64,000 bases of DNA from an uncultured Algibacter sp. (GTDB lineage: Bacteria; Bacteroidota; Bacteroidia; Flavobacteriales; Flavobacteriaceae): assembly GCF_947499935.1 (NCBI RefSeq), contig NZ_CANMQH010000015.1. One strand, 5' to 3'. Of the stretch, positions 10,240 through 19,452 are shown piece by piece. The translations under genes and the position numbers were made by a program. Numbering within the stretch: position 1 is the stretch's first letter; each line of letters begins with the position of its first letter. The notes below the pieces were generated by a model that saw only the letters and a list, made by a program, of their open reading frames with translations, was not told the origin of the DNA and made no database searches.

Positions 10240-10839
10240 ATGATTAGTATAAAAGCAAAACCCCTCTTAGAATACATTAATAATTATATTTCATTAACAT
10301 CAACTGAAGAGGCATATCTGCTTTCTAAAATAACGTATAGAAAATATCTAAAAGGTCAATTTATTGTACAACAAGGCGATATTTGTAAATATGAATGTTT
10401 TGTACTTTCAGGATGTACAAAAATGTTTTTTGTTGATGAGCAAGGACAAGAACATATCATTATGTTTTCTGTAGAAGATTGGTGGACATCCGATATAGGC
10501 AGTTTTATAGAGCAAACACCTGCCGACTTTAATGTACAATGCATAGAAAACACAGAACTTATTATGTTCTCATATGATTCTGTAGAAGATTTGTATATTA
10601 AAATCCCTAAGCTCGAACGCTTTTTTAGACAAATTATAGAGCGGGCGTTTGTAGCCTCACAAAAACGTCTGGTAAGAAACTTTAGCCTTTCTGCTGTAGA
10701 ACGATATACGTATTTTAAAAATCAATATCCAAAAATAGAGCAACGTATACCTCAATACATGATTGCATCCTATTTGGGAATTACCAAAGAGTTTTTAAGT
10801 AAAATTAAGAAACAACTTGTACTAAGGCAAAAATCATAA
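10240..10839 (+). CDS. Crp/Fnr-family transcriptional regulator (cNMP-binding plus HTH)
   Basis: cNMP-binding-like beta-roll followed by a C-terminal HTH (IASYLGITKEFLSKIKK). The ORF-track start at 10198 is TTG; the ATG at 10240 is preferred. Confidence 0.8.
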   Translation: MISIKAKPLLEYINNYISLTSTEEAYLLSKITYRKYLKGQFIVQQGDICKYECFVLSGCTKMFFVDEQGQEHIIMFSVEDWWTSDIGSFIEQTPADFNVQCIENTELIMFSYDSVEDLYIKIPKLERFFRQIIERAFVASQKRLVRNFSLSAVERYTYFKNQYPKIEQRIPQYMIASYLGITKEFLSKIKKQLVLRQKS

Positions 10840-10951
10840 AAAAGTTAATCTATATTACTATGATTATATAAACTACATTATTTTATTTGAACTTATTCTT
10901 TTCAATATTTGTATCACAAATAATAATGAATAAATTAAAATAGATAAAACA

Positions 10952-11518
10952 ATGAAAAATTTAGTAATTATAGCATTAGTAGCTTTTACAGCATTCTCGT
11001 TTAAAAATGTAGATGCTGGAAAAAAAGAAATTAAAACAGACAAGAGTAAAGTTGTTTGGAAAGGGTATAAAGTAACAGGTTCTCATCAAGGCACTATAGC
11101 TCTAAAATCTGGTTTCTTAAATTTTGATAACGATAAATTAACTGGAGGTGAGTTTGTTATAGATATGACTACATTAGGCTCAACAGATTTAGAAGGTGAA
11201 TACAAAGGGAAACTTGATGGGCATTTAAAGTCGGATGATTTTTTTGGTGTTGCTAAATATCCAATAGCAAAATTAGTTTTAACCAAAGTTAAGGCTAGTG
11301 GAAAAAACGCCTATAATGTTAAAGGTAATTTAACAATTAAAGGTAAAACTAATGCCGTTTCTTTTACAATTTCTATTTATGGAAGTAAAGCTACTGCAGC
11401 TTTAAAAATAGATAGAACTAAATACGATATAAAATATGGATCGACAAGCTTTTTTGATGATTTAAAAGATAAAGCTATTTACGATGAATTTGATTTAGTA
11501 GTAGATTTAGAATTTTAA
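10952..11518 (+). CDS. YceI-family periplasmic polyisoprenoid-binding protein
   Basis: Signal peptide plus the YceI signature HLKSDDFFGVAKYPIAKL. Confidence 0.85.
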   Translation: MKNLVIIALVAFTAFSFKNVDAGKKEIKTDKSKVVWKGYKVTGSHQGTIALKSGFLNFDNDKLTGGEFVIDMTTLGSTDLEGEYKGKLDGHLKSDDFFGVAKYPIAKLVLTKVKASGKNAYNVKGNLTIKGKTNAVSFTISIYGSKATAALKIDRTKYDIKYGSTSFFDDLKDKAIYDEFDLVVDLEF

Positions 11519-11775
11519 GTTTTAAAACCCATAGTTATAACAGGAAAGCTCCTTAACCTTGGTTAATGGGGTTTTCTTGTTTTTATTAATGAAACTAGAC
11601 TTTGAGCAGTTTGTAAGACGTACTAAAATTATAAGTTGAACTAATCCCGCTTTTTCAGCGGAATCTTGGGTTAATATCTCGAGCTTGAGTTGATTCCCTA
11701 TTAAGTAATCTTAGAGAGTTTATTTTGGTTGGGTTTATTAGTATTATATTTGCTGCCGTATTAAAAAACAATGTT

Positions 11776-12396
11776 ATGCCATTTAAAAAACTCATACCTT
11801 CTTTACAATCTATTTTAGAACATAAAGGATTTGATGAGCCTTTACCTTTTCAGAAACAAATTTTATCTAAAATAAAAAGTGGTGCTAGTCTATTTTGCAT
11901 CGCCCCAAAAGATGCTGGTAAAACAACAAGTATTATTATTAGTTCAATTCAAAAGTTAAAAGGAAAAGCCTTTGAAGACGCACCTAGAGTTCTCATTTTT
12001 GTAAAGAATAAAGAAGCTGCTCTAAATTTAGAATTGGAGTTTAATGCCTACAAAAGAGGAACTGATTTACGAGTTTACTGCGCTTATGACGAGCATAATA
12101 TTGATACACAACGCGATGATATTTATGATGGTGTTGATATTGTAATAGCAACACCAAGGCGACTTAATAAGATTTTTCATCTAAACGGAATAAATTTAAA
12201 CAAATTACAAATGTGTATTGTTGAAGATGCCGAATTTTTGTTTGGAAGTCAAAATTTATCCGAAGTAACCAGAACACCGGAGAGCATAGGTAAATGCCAA
12301 TATTTAGTATTCTCTACCAAATACGATAACCGTTTTGATAGATGGAAAGAATCCTTTATGTATAATGCTCAAATTATAAAAATGAAACAAGCATAA
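11776..12396 (+). CDS. stand-alone DEAD-box helicase domain-1-like protein with degenerate motifs
   Basis: Q-like PFQKQ, motif I APKDAGKT, motif Ib TPRRL, motif II VEDAE in place of DEAD, and motif III FST. There is no RecA domain 2. The ATG at 11776 is preferred over the upstream TTG-type start. Confidence 0.7.
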   Translation: MPFKKLIPSLQSILEHKGFDEPLPFQKQILSKIKSGASLFCIAPKDAGKTTSIIISSIQKLKGKAFEDAPRVLIFVKNKEAALNLELEFNAYKRGTDLRVYCAYDEHNIDTQRDDIYDGVDIVIATPRRLNKIFHLNGINLNKLQMCIVEDAEFLFGSQNLSEVTRTPESIGKCQYLVFSTKYDNRFDRWKESFMYNAQIIKMKQA

Positions 12397-12401
12397 TATT
12401 A

Positions 12402-13043
12402 ATGAAAAACAATTATTTCTCATTACTTCTTATCGTTATGGCTTATGCAACACTTCCTTTTGTTGGATATGCTCAAATTAAAAAAGAAAACCTTAAAATA
12501 GGTTTTATTACAGGAACAGGGACACAAAATAGTTTTCCGTTTAATTTAGAATCTTATACGCATGAAATAACTTTTTATAAGGCTAGAGTAAATTATACTT
12601 TTAAGGAAAAAAGAAAATGGGCTTTTGAAATTAATCTTGAGCCAGGTTTTAATATTGCAGAACACCAATTATTAAATAAGTATTTTATTAAACCAACCGA
12701 TAGTGATAATTTTAGAGAAGAACGCGAAATATTCCTTCAAAAAAGAACTATTAATGAATATGTTTTAGATATTGGGTTTTTAGTAAGATATTCTGTTTAC
12801 AAAAACGTGAGTGCTTTTGCTATTGGAGGTGTAGGTCCAATGATAGGGGATAAGGAAACAGCGCGTTTGGCCAAAGGTTTTGCTTTTTCTGATATATTTG
12901 GTATGGGTATATCTTACGAGATTAATAAAATCCAATTGGATTTTAGATACTCTGTAAGACATACCTCAAATCTTGAATTCAAGAAACCAAATAACGGGCA
13001 TAATACAACTAATATAGAGTTAGGTATATTATTTCAGTTATAA
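12402..13043 (+). CDS. outer-membrane acyloxyacyl hydrolase / lipid A deacylase (PagL-like) beta-barrel
   Basis: Signal peptide, alternating beta-strand pattern, PagL-type H-x-S-N motif (RHTSN) near the C-terminus, and a terminal aromatic residue. Confidence 0.6.
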   Translation: MKNNYFSLLLIVMAYATLPFVGYAQIKKENLKIGFITGTGTQNSFPFNLESYTHEITFYKARVNYTFKEKRKWAFEINLEPGFNIAEHQLLNKYFIKPTDSDNFREEREIFLQKRTINEYVLDIGFLVRYSVYKNVSAFAIGGVGPMIGDKETARLAKGFAFSDIFGMGISYEINKIQLDFRYSVRHTSNLEFKKPNNGHNTTNIELGILFQL

Positions 13044-13054
13044 TATAGTCTTAG

Positions 13055-14371
13055 TTATGGCTTAGAAACAAGTTTATTTTGTTCTTTATATTTTTTAGAA
13101 TAGCGTTTCCAAAGTTTAGTTTGGTGAGTTTCTAAATTTACCGCTCTACCATCAATAAAAGCATGTGTTAATATATTTGTACGCATATCTAGGGCGTCAC
13201 CTTCACTAATAAATAATGTAGCACTTTTACCTTGGGTTAAACTACCGTATTCAGCATCGATACCTAAAATTATAGCAGCATTTAATGTTATTAATTGTAA
13301 TGCTTGTTCTTTACTTAAGCCATGGGCAACCGTTGTACCTGCATGAAAGGGTAAGTTACGTGTATTCATACGTTCCATATCACCACTGGTTTCTAGAGCA
13401 ACAAGAATATCTTGGTCTACTAATAATTTTGCATGCTTATAGCTTATATCATAATCATCATCATCACTATTTGGAGTAGAATGTACCCGTTGTAATATCA
13501 CAGGTATATTATTGATTTTTAATGTACTAGTCGCTTTGTATGCTTCACGCCCACCTACAATAACCATGTTTTTAATGTTATTTTTTTTAGCAAAAGCAAT
13601 AGCATCTAAAATGCCTTTTTCATAATCGACATGCATATATAATTTTTTTGAATCATTAAAAACACCTTTTGTAGCTTTAAAAGGTAAGTGATTATTAGCA
13701 TTTTTATCATAGGCATGACTTTGTAAAAAGTAATTATTTAATTCTGTTACTTGTTTATCATAATCCTTATTAGGTTTAAGGGCTGGGTCTTCTCCAAGCC
13801 ACCAACGTCCTCTAGAAAAGCTTTTTGGCCAATTTACATGTAATCCTTCATCTATTCTAACAGCTGCATCTTCCCAGTTCCAAGCATCAAATTGTACAAC
13901 CGAGGATGTGCCAGAAATACGCCCACCTCTGGGTGTTATTTGCCCAATAAGAACACCGTTAGGTCGCATAGATTCTACAATTTTTGATTCGGCATTGTAA
14001 GCAATAAGACTTCTTATATTTGGATTTAGAGCACCTATTTCTGCATTATCTACAGAAGCCTTAACGGCATCGATTTCTATTAATCCTAATGTAGAATTAG
14101 GAACAATAAAACCTGGGTAAACATGTTTTCCTTTGGCATTAATAACATTAATATCTTGATCATTTAGCTTAGGCCTTTCAGATTTTCCTATAGTATCTAT
14201 TTTTCCGTTTTTAATGATAATAATACTGTTTTCAATAATATTACCATTTCCAATATGCGCAGTAGCACCAACGATAGCAATATCTTTAATTTGTTTTGGA
14301 GCAGGAGTTTGCTGTGCTAAAAGTATGGAGCAACACAACATTAATATGGATGTGAATTTTAATTTTTTCAT
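13055..14371 (-). CDS. exported amidohydrolase-family protein
   Basis: Signal peptide (MKKLKFTSILMLCCSILLAQQ) and a metal-dependent-hydrolase composite-domain pattern (VYPGFI, TTVAHGL). Confidence 0.8.
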   Translation of the reverse strand: MKKLKFTSILMLCCSILLAQQTPAPKQIKDIAIVGATAHIGNGNIIENSIIIIKNGKIDTIGKSERPKLNDQDINVINAKGKHVYPGFIVPNSTLGLIEIDAVKASVDNAEIGALNPNIRSLIAYNAESKIVESMRPNGVLIGQITPRGGRISGTSSVVQFDAWNWEDAAVRIDEGLHVNWPKSFSRGRWWLGEDPALKPNKDYDKQVTELNNYFLQSHAYDKNANNHLPFKATKGVFNDSKKLYMHVDYEKGILDAIAFAKKNNIKNMVIVGGREAYKATSTLKINNIPVILQRVHSTPNSDDDDYDISYKHAKLLVDQDILVALETSGDMERMNTRNLPFHAGTTVAHGLSKEQALQLITLNAAIILGIDAEYGSLTQGKSATLFISEGDALDMRTNILTHAFIDGRAVNLETHQTKLWKRYSKKYKEQNKLVSKP

Positions 14372-14383
14372 CGGTATAAAATT

Positions 14384-17371
14384 TTAGTGTTGGTGTTGTT
14401 TGTGTTGTTCGTTATCAATAGAATTACAGTGTAAATATTTTTTTTCTTTTTTCTTAATCGGCTGAGTTTTTAAGCCTTTATTTTTTGCCAAAAGCATCAT
14501 ATTTACAAGCTGGATTTTCTCCTTTTTAATTTGTGCTCGTATTTTTTTGTCTTTTTCCAAATCAAAATAGGTAACACCTTCTATAATAGTTTTTTCAGCT
14601 TTGGCATAAATAGAAAGCGGATGATCGGTCCATAACACAATATCTGCATCTTTTCCAACTTTTAGACTACCTACCTTTTGATCTATATGTAAAAGTTTGG
14701 CAGGATTTAGAGTCACAAATTTTAAAGCATCTTCCTCACTAACATTACCATATTTTACAGATTTAGCGGCTTCTTGATTAAGTCTTCTAGACATTTCGGC
14801 ATCATCACTATTAATAGCAACAATCAAACCTTGTTCGTGCATTATGGCAGCATTGTATGGTATGGCATCGTTAACTTCATATTTATATGCCCACCAATCA
14901 CTAAATGTTGATGCGCCAACGCCATGTGCTTTCATTTTGTCGGCAACTTTATAACCTTCAAGGATGTGTGTAAAAGTGTTTACGTTAAAGTTGAATTGCT
15001 CTGCAACCTTCATTAACATATTAATTTCGCTTTGTATGTAAGAGTGACAAGAGATAAAACGTTTTTTATTTATAATTTCTGCAATAGCTTCTAACTCTAA
15101 ATCTTTACGATAAGGTTTTTTACTTTTTTTAAGCGCGTTGTATGCTTTAGCTCTAGAGAAATAGTCTACAAAAACTTGCTCAACACCCATACGAGTTTGC
15201 GGAAAACGAACCCCATTAGAATATCTAGATTGTTTTACATTTTCTCCTAATGCAAATTTTATAAATTTCGGACTGTTTTTATAAATAAGGTTATTAGCAG
15301 ATTCTCCCCATTTTAATTTAATAATAGCAGAGCGCCCACCAATGGGGTTAGCCGAGCCATGTAAAATTTGAATAGACGTAACACCGCCAGCTAAATTTCT
15401 ATAGATGTTAACATCTGTCTCATCTATAACATCTTCAATAGTTACTTCGGCTGTAGAGTTTTGCCCAGCTTCGTTAACAGAGGCTGTTGCTATATGCGAA
15501 TGCTCATCAATAATACCAGCAGTAATGTGTTTTCCAGTAGCATCTATGGTCTTGGCTTTACTGTAAGAAAGGTTTTTTCCTATGTTAGCAATTATCCCAT
15601 TTTTAATAAGTATATCTGTTTTTTCAAGAACACCTTCTTTTTCGTTAGTCCAAACGGTAGCATTTTTAAATAGTAATGTTTCTGCTTTAGGAAGTTTATT
15701 AAAACCATAAGCGTTGTTGGGGTAGGTTACAGGTAATATTTTATTGGTTAATTTTTTATCTTTAGCATCTTTGCTTTTTACTACATCGTCCTTTTTTTTA
15801 TAGTTACTAATAAAAGGCATATCAAGCCCATTGGGCATAATAGCTTTTCCTTTAAGGTTTTTGTTAGCATCTGGTTGCGCAACGATTCTAATAAACGCTT
15901 TATTAATGGTGTCTTTAGTTTTTAATGTGATGTTTAACCAATGGTCTTTATAAGTTACTTTTGAGCCTAAAATATCTTTCCCAGATTTAATTTCGGATTT
16001 TAGTTTTGATAATTCACCCTTTAAAGTCAGTGTATATTTTTGGTTGTCTAAAGAAAACGTATGGTCGCCTCTAATATCTATGTTATTCATAGATTCAATA
16101 ATGTTTTGTTCCCCCTGTACCCAATTTTCGTATATAATTGTTTTTTCATCAAAAATATCGCCTGAAGTAATTAAAAAATTGGCCAAAAGTCCTTTTTTAA
16201 GACTGCCAATGGTGTTAGATTTCTTTAAAAGTTGTGCAGGTATGGTTGTTAAAGCCTCTAAAGCTTTTGCTTTAGATAAACCATATTTTAAGGCTATTGC
16301 GAGATTAGCTTTAAATTTACCCGGAGATTTTAACCCGTGTGTGGTTAATGCGAATGTAATGCCGTGATCGGCTAATACTTTAGGATTGGTAGGTTTTTGG
16401 TTCCATGCTCGCATTTGGTGCAAGGTTAGGGCAGAAGTTAAAAAACTGTCTTCTACATCGTATGCATCAGGAAAATTAATAGGAATAATTAATGGCGCAT
16501 TTGTAGCTTTTACATCCTTAATACGCTCATACTCATCGCCACCACCAAGAATGGTGTACTGTATACCAGATTGGTCGCCAACTTTATCAGTCCTAATAAT
16601 GTTAGCTCTACTACCAGCTTCCATAATTTGAACTAAATTTTTATGTTTATTTAAAGCTTCTAATGATAAATCTTTAGTTTTACTCAATCCTTTACTATAC
16701 CAATTGGCATCTAAATATACTTGCCTAAGTAAAGCCATAGACCCCATAATGGATGTCGGGTATGATTGATTGGTGGTAACACTTCTGTTTAAAGAAAGAT
16801 AAAGTCCAGAATTATCAGAGATTATTCTACGCTCATTTCCGCCATTATTATTTAAAGCTATTAAAGCACCACGACCTCTAATAATACCGTTTTGAATGTG
16901 GGTATTAACAACACCAAAACCAGCCTTAATAAGCGCTTTAGCCTGTTTAGAATTATATTTAAATTTTGTTAAAGCATTATTTTCGGGCATAATATGATCA
17001 TTCCAATAAAACCCAGTTCTACTGGCATCGTATTGTTGGGTTTGCTGTCTAGGTTTGCGTATTGGTTTTTCTATACCAAAACTAGAATACATGTCTATAA
17101 AAGAAGGATAAACATGCTTGCCAGAAGCATCAATAATATAGGTGCTTTTTGGTATTCTTACCGAAGTTCCAACATTAACAATCTTCCCATCTTTAAATAG
17201 AAGCGTACCTTTTTTTATAACATTGGTTGGTGTAATAAAAATTTTGGCATTGGTAATGGCCGTATAATTCGTGTTGTTTTTTGCTACGCCGTTATTGGTT
17301 GGGAAATAATCTTGAGCATAAAAAGATAAGCTACACAAAAGTGAAAGCATTGCAAAGTATAATTTATACAT
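14384..17371 (-). CDS. exported large amidohydrolase-family protein (two amidohydrolase-like halves)
   Basis: 995 aa with a signal peptide. GKHVYPSFIDMYS and GKHITAGIIDEHSHI motifs sit in separate halves. The tail is His-rich (HKQHQH). Confidence 0.8.
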   Translation of the reverse strand: MYKLYFAMLSLLCSLSFYAQDYFPTNNGVAKNNTNYTAITNAKIFITPTNVIKKGTLLFKDGKIVNVGTSVRIPKSTYIIDASGKHVYPSFIDMYSSFGIEKPIRKPRQQTQQYDASRTGFYWNDHIMPENNALTKFKYNSKQAKALIKAGFGVVNTHIQNGIIRGRGALIALNNNGGNERRIISDNSGLYLSLNRSVTTNQSYPTSIMGSMALLRQVYLDANWYSKGLSKTKDLSLEALNKHKNLVQIMEAGSRANIIRTDKVGDQSGIQYTILGGGDEYERIKDVKATNAPLIIPINFPDAYDVEDSFLTSALTLHQMRAWNQKPTNPKVLADHGITFALTTHGLKSPGKFKANLAIALKYGLSKAKALEALTTIPAQLLKKSNTIGSLKKGLLANFLITSGDIFDEKTIIYENWVQGEQNIIESMNNIDIRGDHTFSLDNQKYTLTLKGELSKLKSEIKSGKDILGSKVTYKDHWLNITLKTKDTINKAFIRIVAQPDANKNLKGKAIMPNGLDMPFISNYKKKDDVVKSKDAKDKKLTNKILPVTYPNNAYGFNKLPKAETLLFKNATVWTNEKEGVLEKTDILIKNGIIANIGKNLSYSKAKTIDATGKHITAGIIDEHSHIATASVNEAGQNSTAEVTIEDVIDETDVNIYRNLAGGVTSIQILHGSANPIGGRSAIIKLKWGESANNLIYKNSPKFIKFALGENVKQSRYSNGVRFPQTRMGVEQVFVDYFSRAKAYNALKKSKKPYRKDLELEAIAEIINKKRFISCHSYIQSEINMLMKVAEQFNFNVNTFTHILEGYKVADKMKAHGVGASTFSDWWAYKYEVNDAIPYNAAIMHEQGLIVAINSDDAEMSRRLNQEAAKSVKYGNVSEEDALKFVTLNPAKLLHIDQKVGSLKVGKDADIVLWTDHPLSIYAKAEKTIIEGVTYFDLEKDKKIRAQIKKEKIQLVNMMLLAKNKGLKTQPIKKKEKKYLHCNSIDNEQHKQHQH

Positions 17372-17480
17372 ACGCTAAGGGTTGGTTTAATTAATTATAA
17401 TGAAGTTATTAAAACGGTTTCAATACCAAATATAAAAATTAATGCATATTCTAAGGCTATTATATAACCATTTTAACGTT

Positions 17481-18551
17481 TTAATAAAGTGGTTCTTTTT
17501 CTATATAATTTACTAATAATGCTACAACATAACTGTAGCTATCCATACCCTTATCTTGCTTATTCGCTTTTAAAAAATTACTGTAAAATATTTTAAAAAT
17601 AGGTTCGGCAGGGTTGTCATGTACTTCCCAAAATTGGCGTACCTCTTTATAGTTTTTTGCAATACCTAGATTAACATCTGCAACAAGATCTTCATAAAGG
17701 CATTCATCCCGTCTATAAATTTCATTTAAGCAAAAGCGCAGACCAAAAGTATAACCAGTATATCTAATATATAAATCATCATGGTTAGTAGTAGCTAACC
17801 AACCTATAAAATTAGCTTCATTCTCGGCAGCATAGCCTAATTGATGTGCCATTTCGTGAGCCGTAGTCGTAGGGAATTTGTAAACAGGTATTAAACGGTT
17901 TACCTGCGCTTCGTTAGTAAACGGGTTTAAATACCCACTAAACCCCATATACGTTAAAAGGTAACTGTAAAGTGATGTTTTAACACTTTTAGGAGAATAT
18001 TTCAAATCAGCAAAGCGGCTATTTAAATTACGATAGCCCGAAGGCATCATGTTTAGAATCTGTGTTTTTTCAAAAGGTAAATCAACTTTAATAGTGTCAT
18101 TATTAGTAATACTTAAATGCAATGCATTTGATTTTTTAATCAACTGTTCAGTAACTTTAATAAGCAGTTCGTTAGAATATTCATCATTAATATTCAAGCT
18201 TTCGTGCAACGGCAAACGGTAATAATTAAACCCCCAAAATAAATGAAACACAAAATAAAATATAGATACTGCCGCAAACACATCAATCAACCAGCTTTTA
18301 GTATCTTTTTTTATACGTTTTCGGTTTTTAAAAACCCATCGGATAGCATAAACAATAGTAAATGTGTAAATTAAATCTCCAAAAGAAAAAGGCATCCAAC
18401 CCAAAGTATATCGTAAAGTCTTAGATATAAAAGGGTATAAACCATGGCTATAATACTGCTCAACAAAGTCAGGAAAATACGATAATAATGTTATTAAAAA
18501 ATATTGCGGTACAAGTAACAACGCAATAATGTTTTTTTTCTTTTTCAGCAT
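17481..18551 (-). CDS. DUF3810-like membrane zinc metallopeptidase
   Basis: N-terminal TM segments and an HEXXH motif (TAHEMAHQLGYAAENEANF). Confidence 0.7.
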   Translation of the reverse strand: MLKKKKNIIALLLVPQYFLITLLSYFPDFVEQYYSHGLYPFISKTLRYTLGWMPFSFGDLIYTFTIVYAIRWVFKNRKRIKKDTKSWLIDVFAAVSIFYFVFHLFWGFNYYRLPLHESLNINDEYSNELLIKVTEQLIKKSNALHLSITNNDTIKVDLPFEKTQILNMMPSGYRNLNSRFADLKYSPKSVKTSLYSYLLTYMGFSGYLNPFTNEAQVNRLIPVYKFPTTTAHEMAHQLGYAAENEANFIGWLATTNHDDLYIRYTGYTFGLRFCLNEIYRRDECLYEDLVADVNLGIAKNYKEVRQFWEVHDNPAEPIFKIFYSNFLKANKQDKGMDSYSYVVALLVNYIEKEPLY

Positions 18552-18662
18552 CTCTCAAAAGTAATAAAAATTTGAACCCAATGGTTATTGTATATGTATT
18601 AAGGTTTCTTCCTGCTTTCCATTATATTGGACTAGCTAATAAATTTGGTGCTATTTTTCATG

Positions 18663-18794
18663 CTACATTATTAAAGTTTTTAATTCTAAGGCTTTCTCCG
18701 CAGGAGTTTTGTAATCTAAAGCGGAATATTATTCTACCATTTTATATTTAATCATAAATAATTCGGTAGACTTGTAAAAAGGATTCAAAATGAT
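18663..18794 (-). pseudogene. IS3-type (rve integrase) C-terminal tail fragment fused to the IS1595 remnant
   Basis: The same minus-strand frame continues ...FYKSTELFMIKYKMVE*YSALDYKTPAEKALELKTLIM*. This resembles the conserved rve C-terminus (..YN..RPHSAL.YKTPAE). Confidence 0.45.
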
Positions 18795-19320
18795 GTCTAT
18801 TTTCATAGCATACATTTGTTTTACTTTTCCGTCTTGGGAAAGCTGAATAGCTTTTACAGCCTTTTCCTTCTTACTATTATAATTGTCTCAATCTTTTTCT
18901 TCAAGAACAAATTCATCGATATGAACATTACCACACATAGGGCTATTTCAAATAGAATACAGGGCTTTTTGTACTTCTCACATAAACAAGAGCTGTTTTT
19001 TCCGTAACCCCATAACGAAGGCTCATATAACTAGCAAATAAACTTTTGACGGTAGTTGACATTTAGAAACAGATAAAAAAAGCTTTACGAACCCCAAATT
19101 TAACCTTTTGAAAAAGCGTGTTAGACGTAGCCGTTTGTATGTGCCTACAAATATTACATTATCTACCATAATCTTTAAGAGATTGATAGGCTGTATGATT
19201 ACATTTTAAACATTTATAAGTCGTTTTTAACTTTAAAAAAGCTAAGTATTCTTTACAGTTTTCATCTGTTTTAAATCGATAAGAGAACTCTAGAAGATTT
19301 TGACCCTTAAATATATCCAT
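18795..19320 (-). pseudogene. IS1595-family transposase remnant (N-terminal zinc-ribbon region, multiple stops and frameshifts)
   Basis: My minus-strand translation from the ATG at 19320 reads MDIFKGQNLLEFSYRFKTDENCKEYLAFLKLKTTYKCLKCNHTAYQSLKDYGR*CNICRHIQTATSNTLFQKVKFGVRKAFFICF*MSTTVKSLFASYMSLRYGVTEKTALVYVR. After a frame change it continues PMCGNVHIDEFVLEEKD*DNYNSKKEKAVKAIQLSQDGKVKQMYAMKID. This is the IS1595 Zn-ribbon/HTH pattern. Confidence 0.75.
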
Positions 19321-19452
19321 ATTTAATATATTTACTAAATACGTAAAACACGTATTTATCTACGGCACCCTAATAATATTAATTATAAGGTTTTCGTAAT
19401 TATCTTGATGGGAAATTATTGTTACCGATTAAAAAAAGTCATAAATTACGAT

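Noticed and set aside
11519-11590. Long-range AAAACCCA...TGGGGTTTT pairing after the YceI gene, considered as a terminator
   Set aside because: The stem is bulged and encloses a loop of about 38 nt, with only weak inner pairing. It is not convincing as an intrinsic terminator.
18816-19007. 63-aa plus-strand ORF in the gap between DUF3810 and the sugar cluster
   Set aside because: The region is better explained as the reverse strand of the IS1595 remnant. The ORF has a TTG start and a low-complexity hydrophobic sequence.
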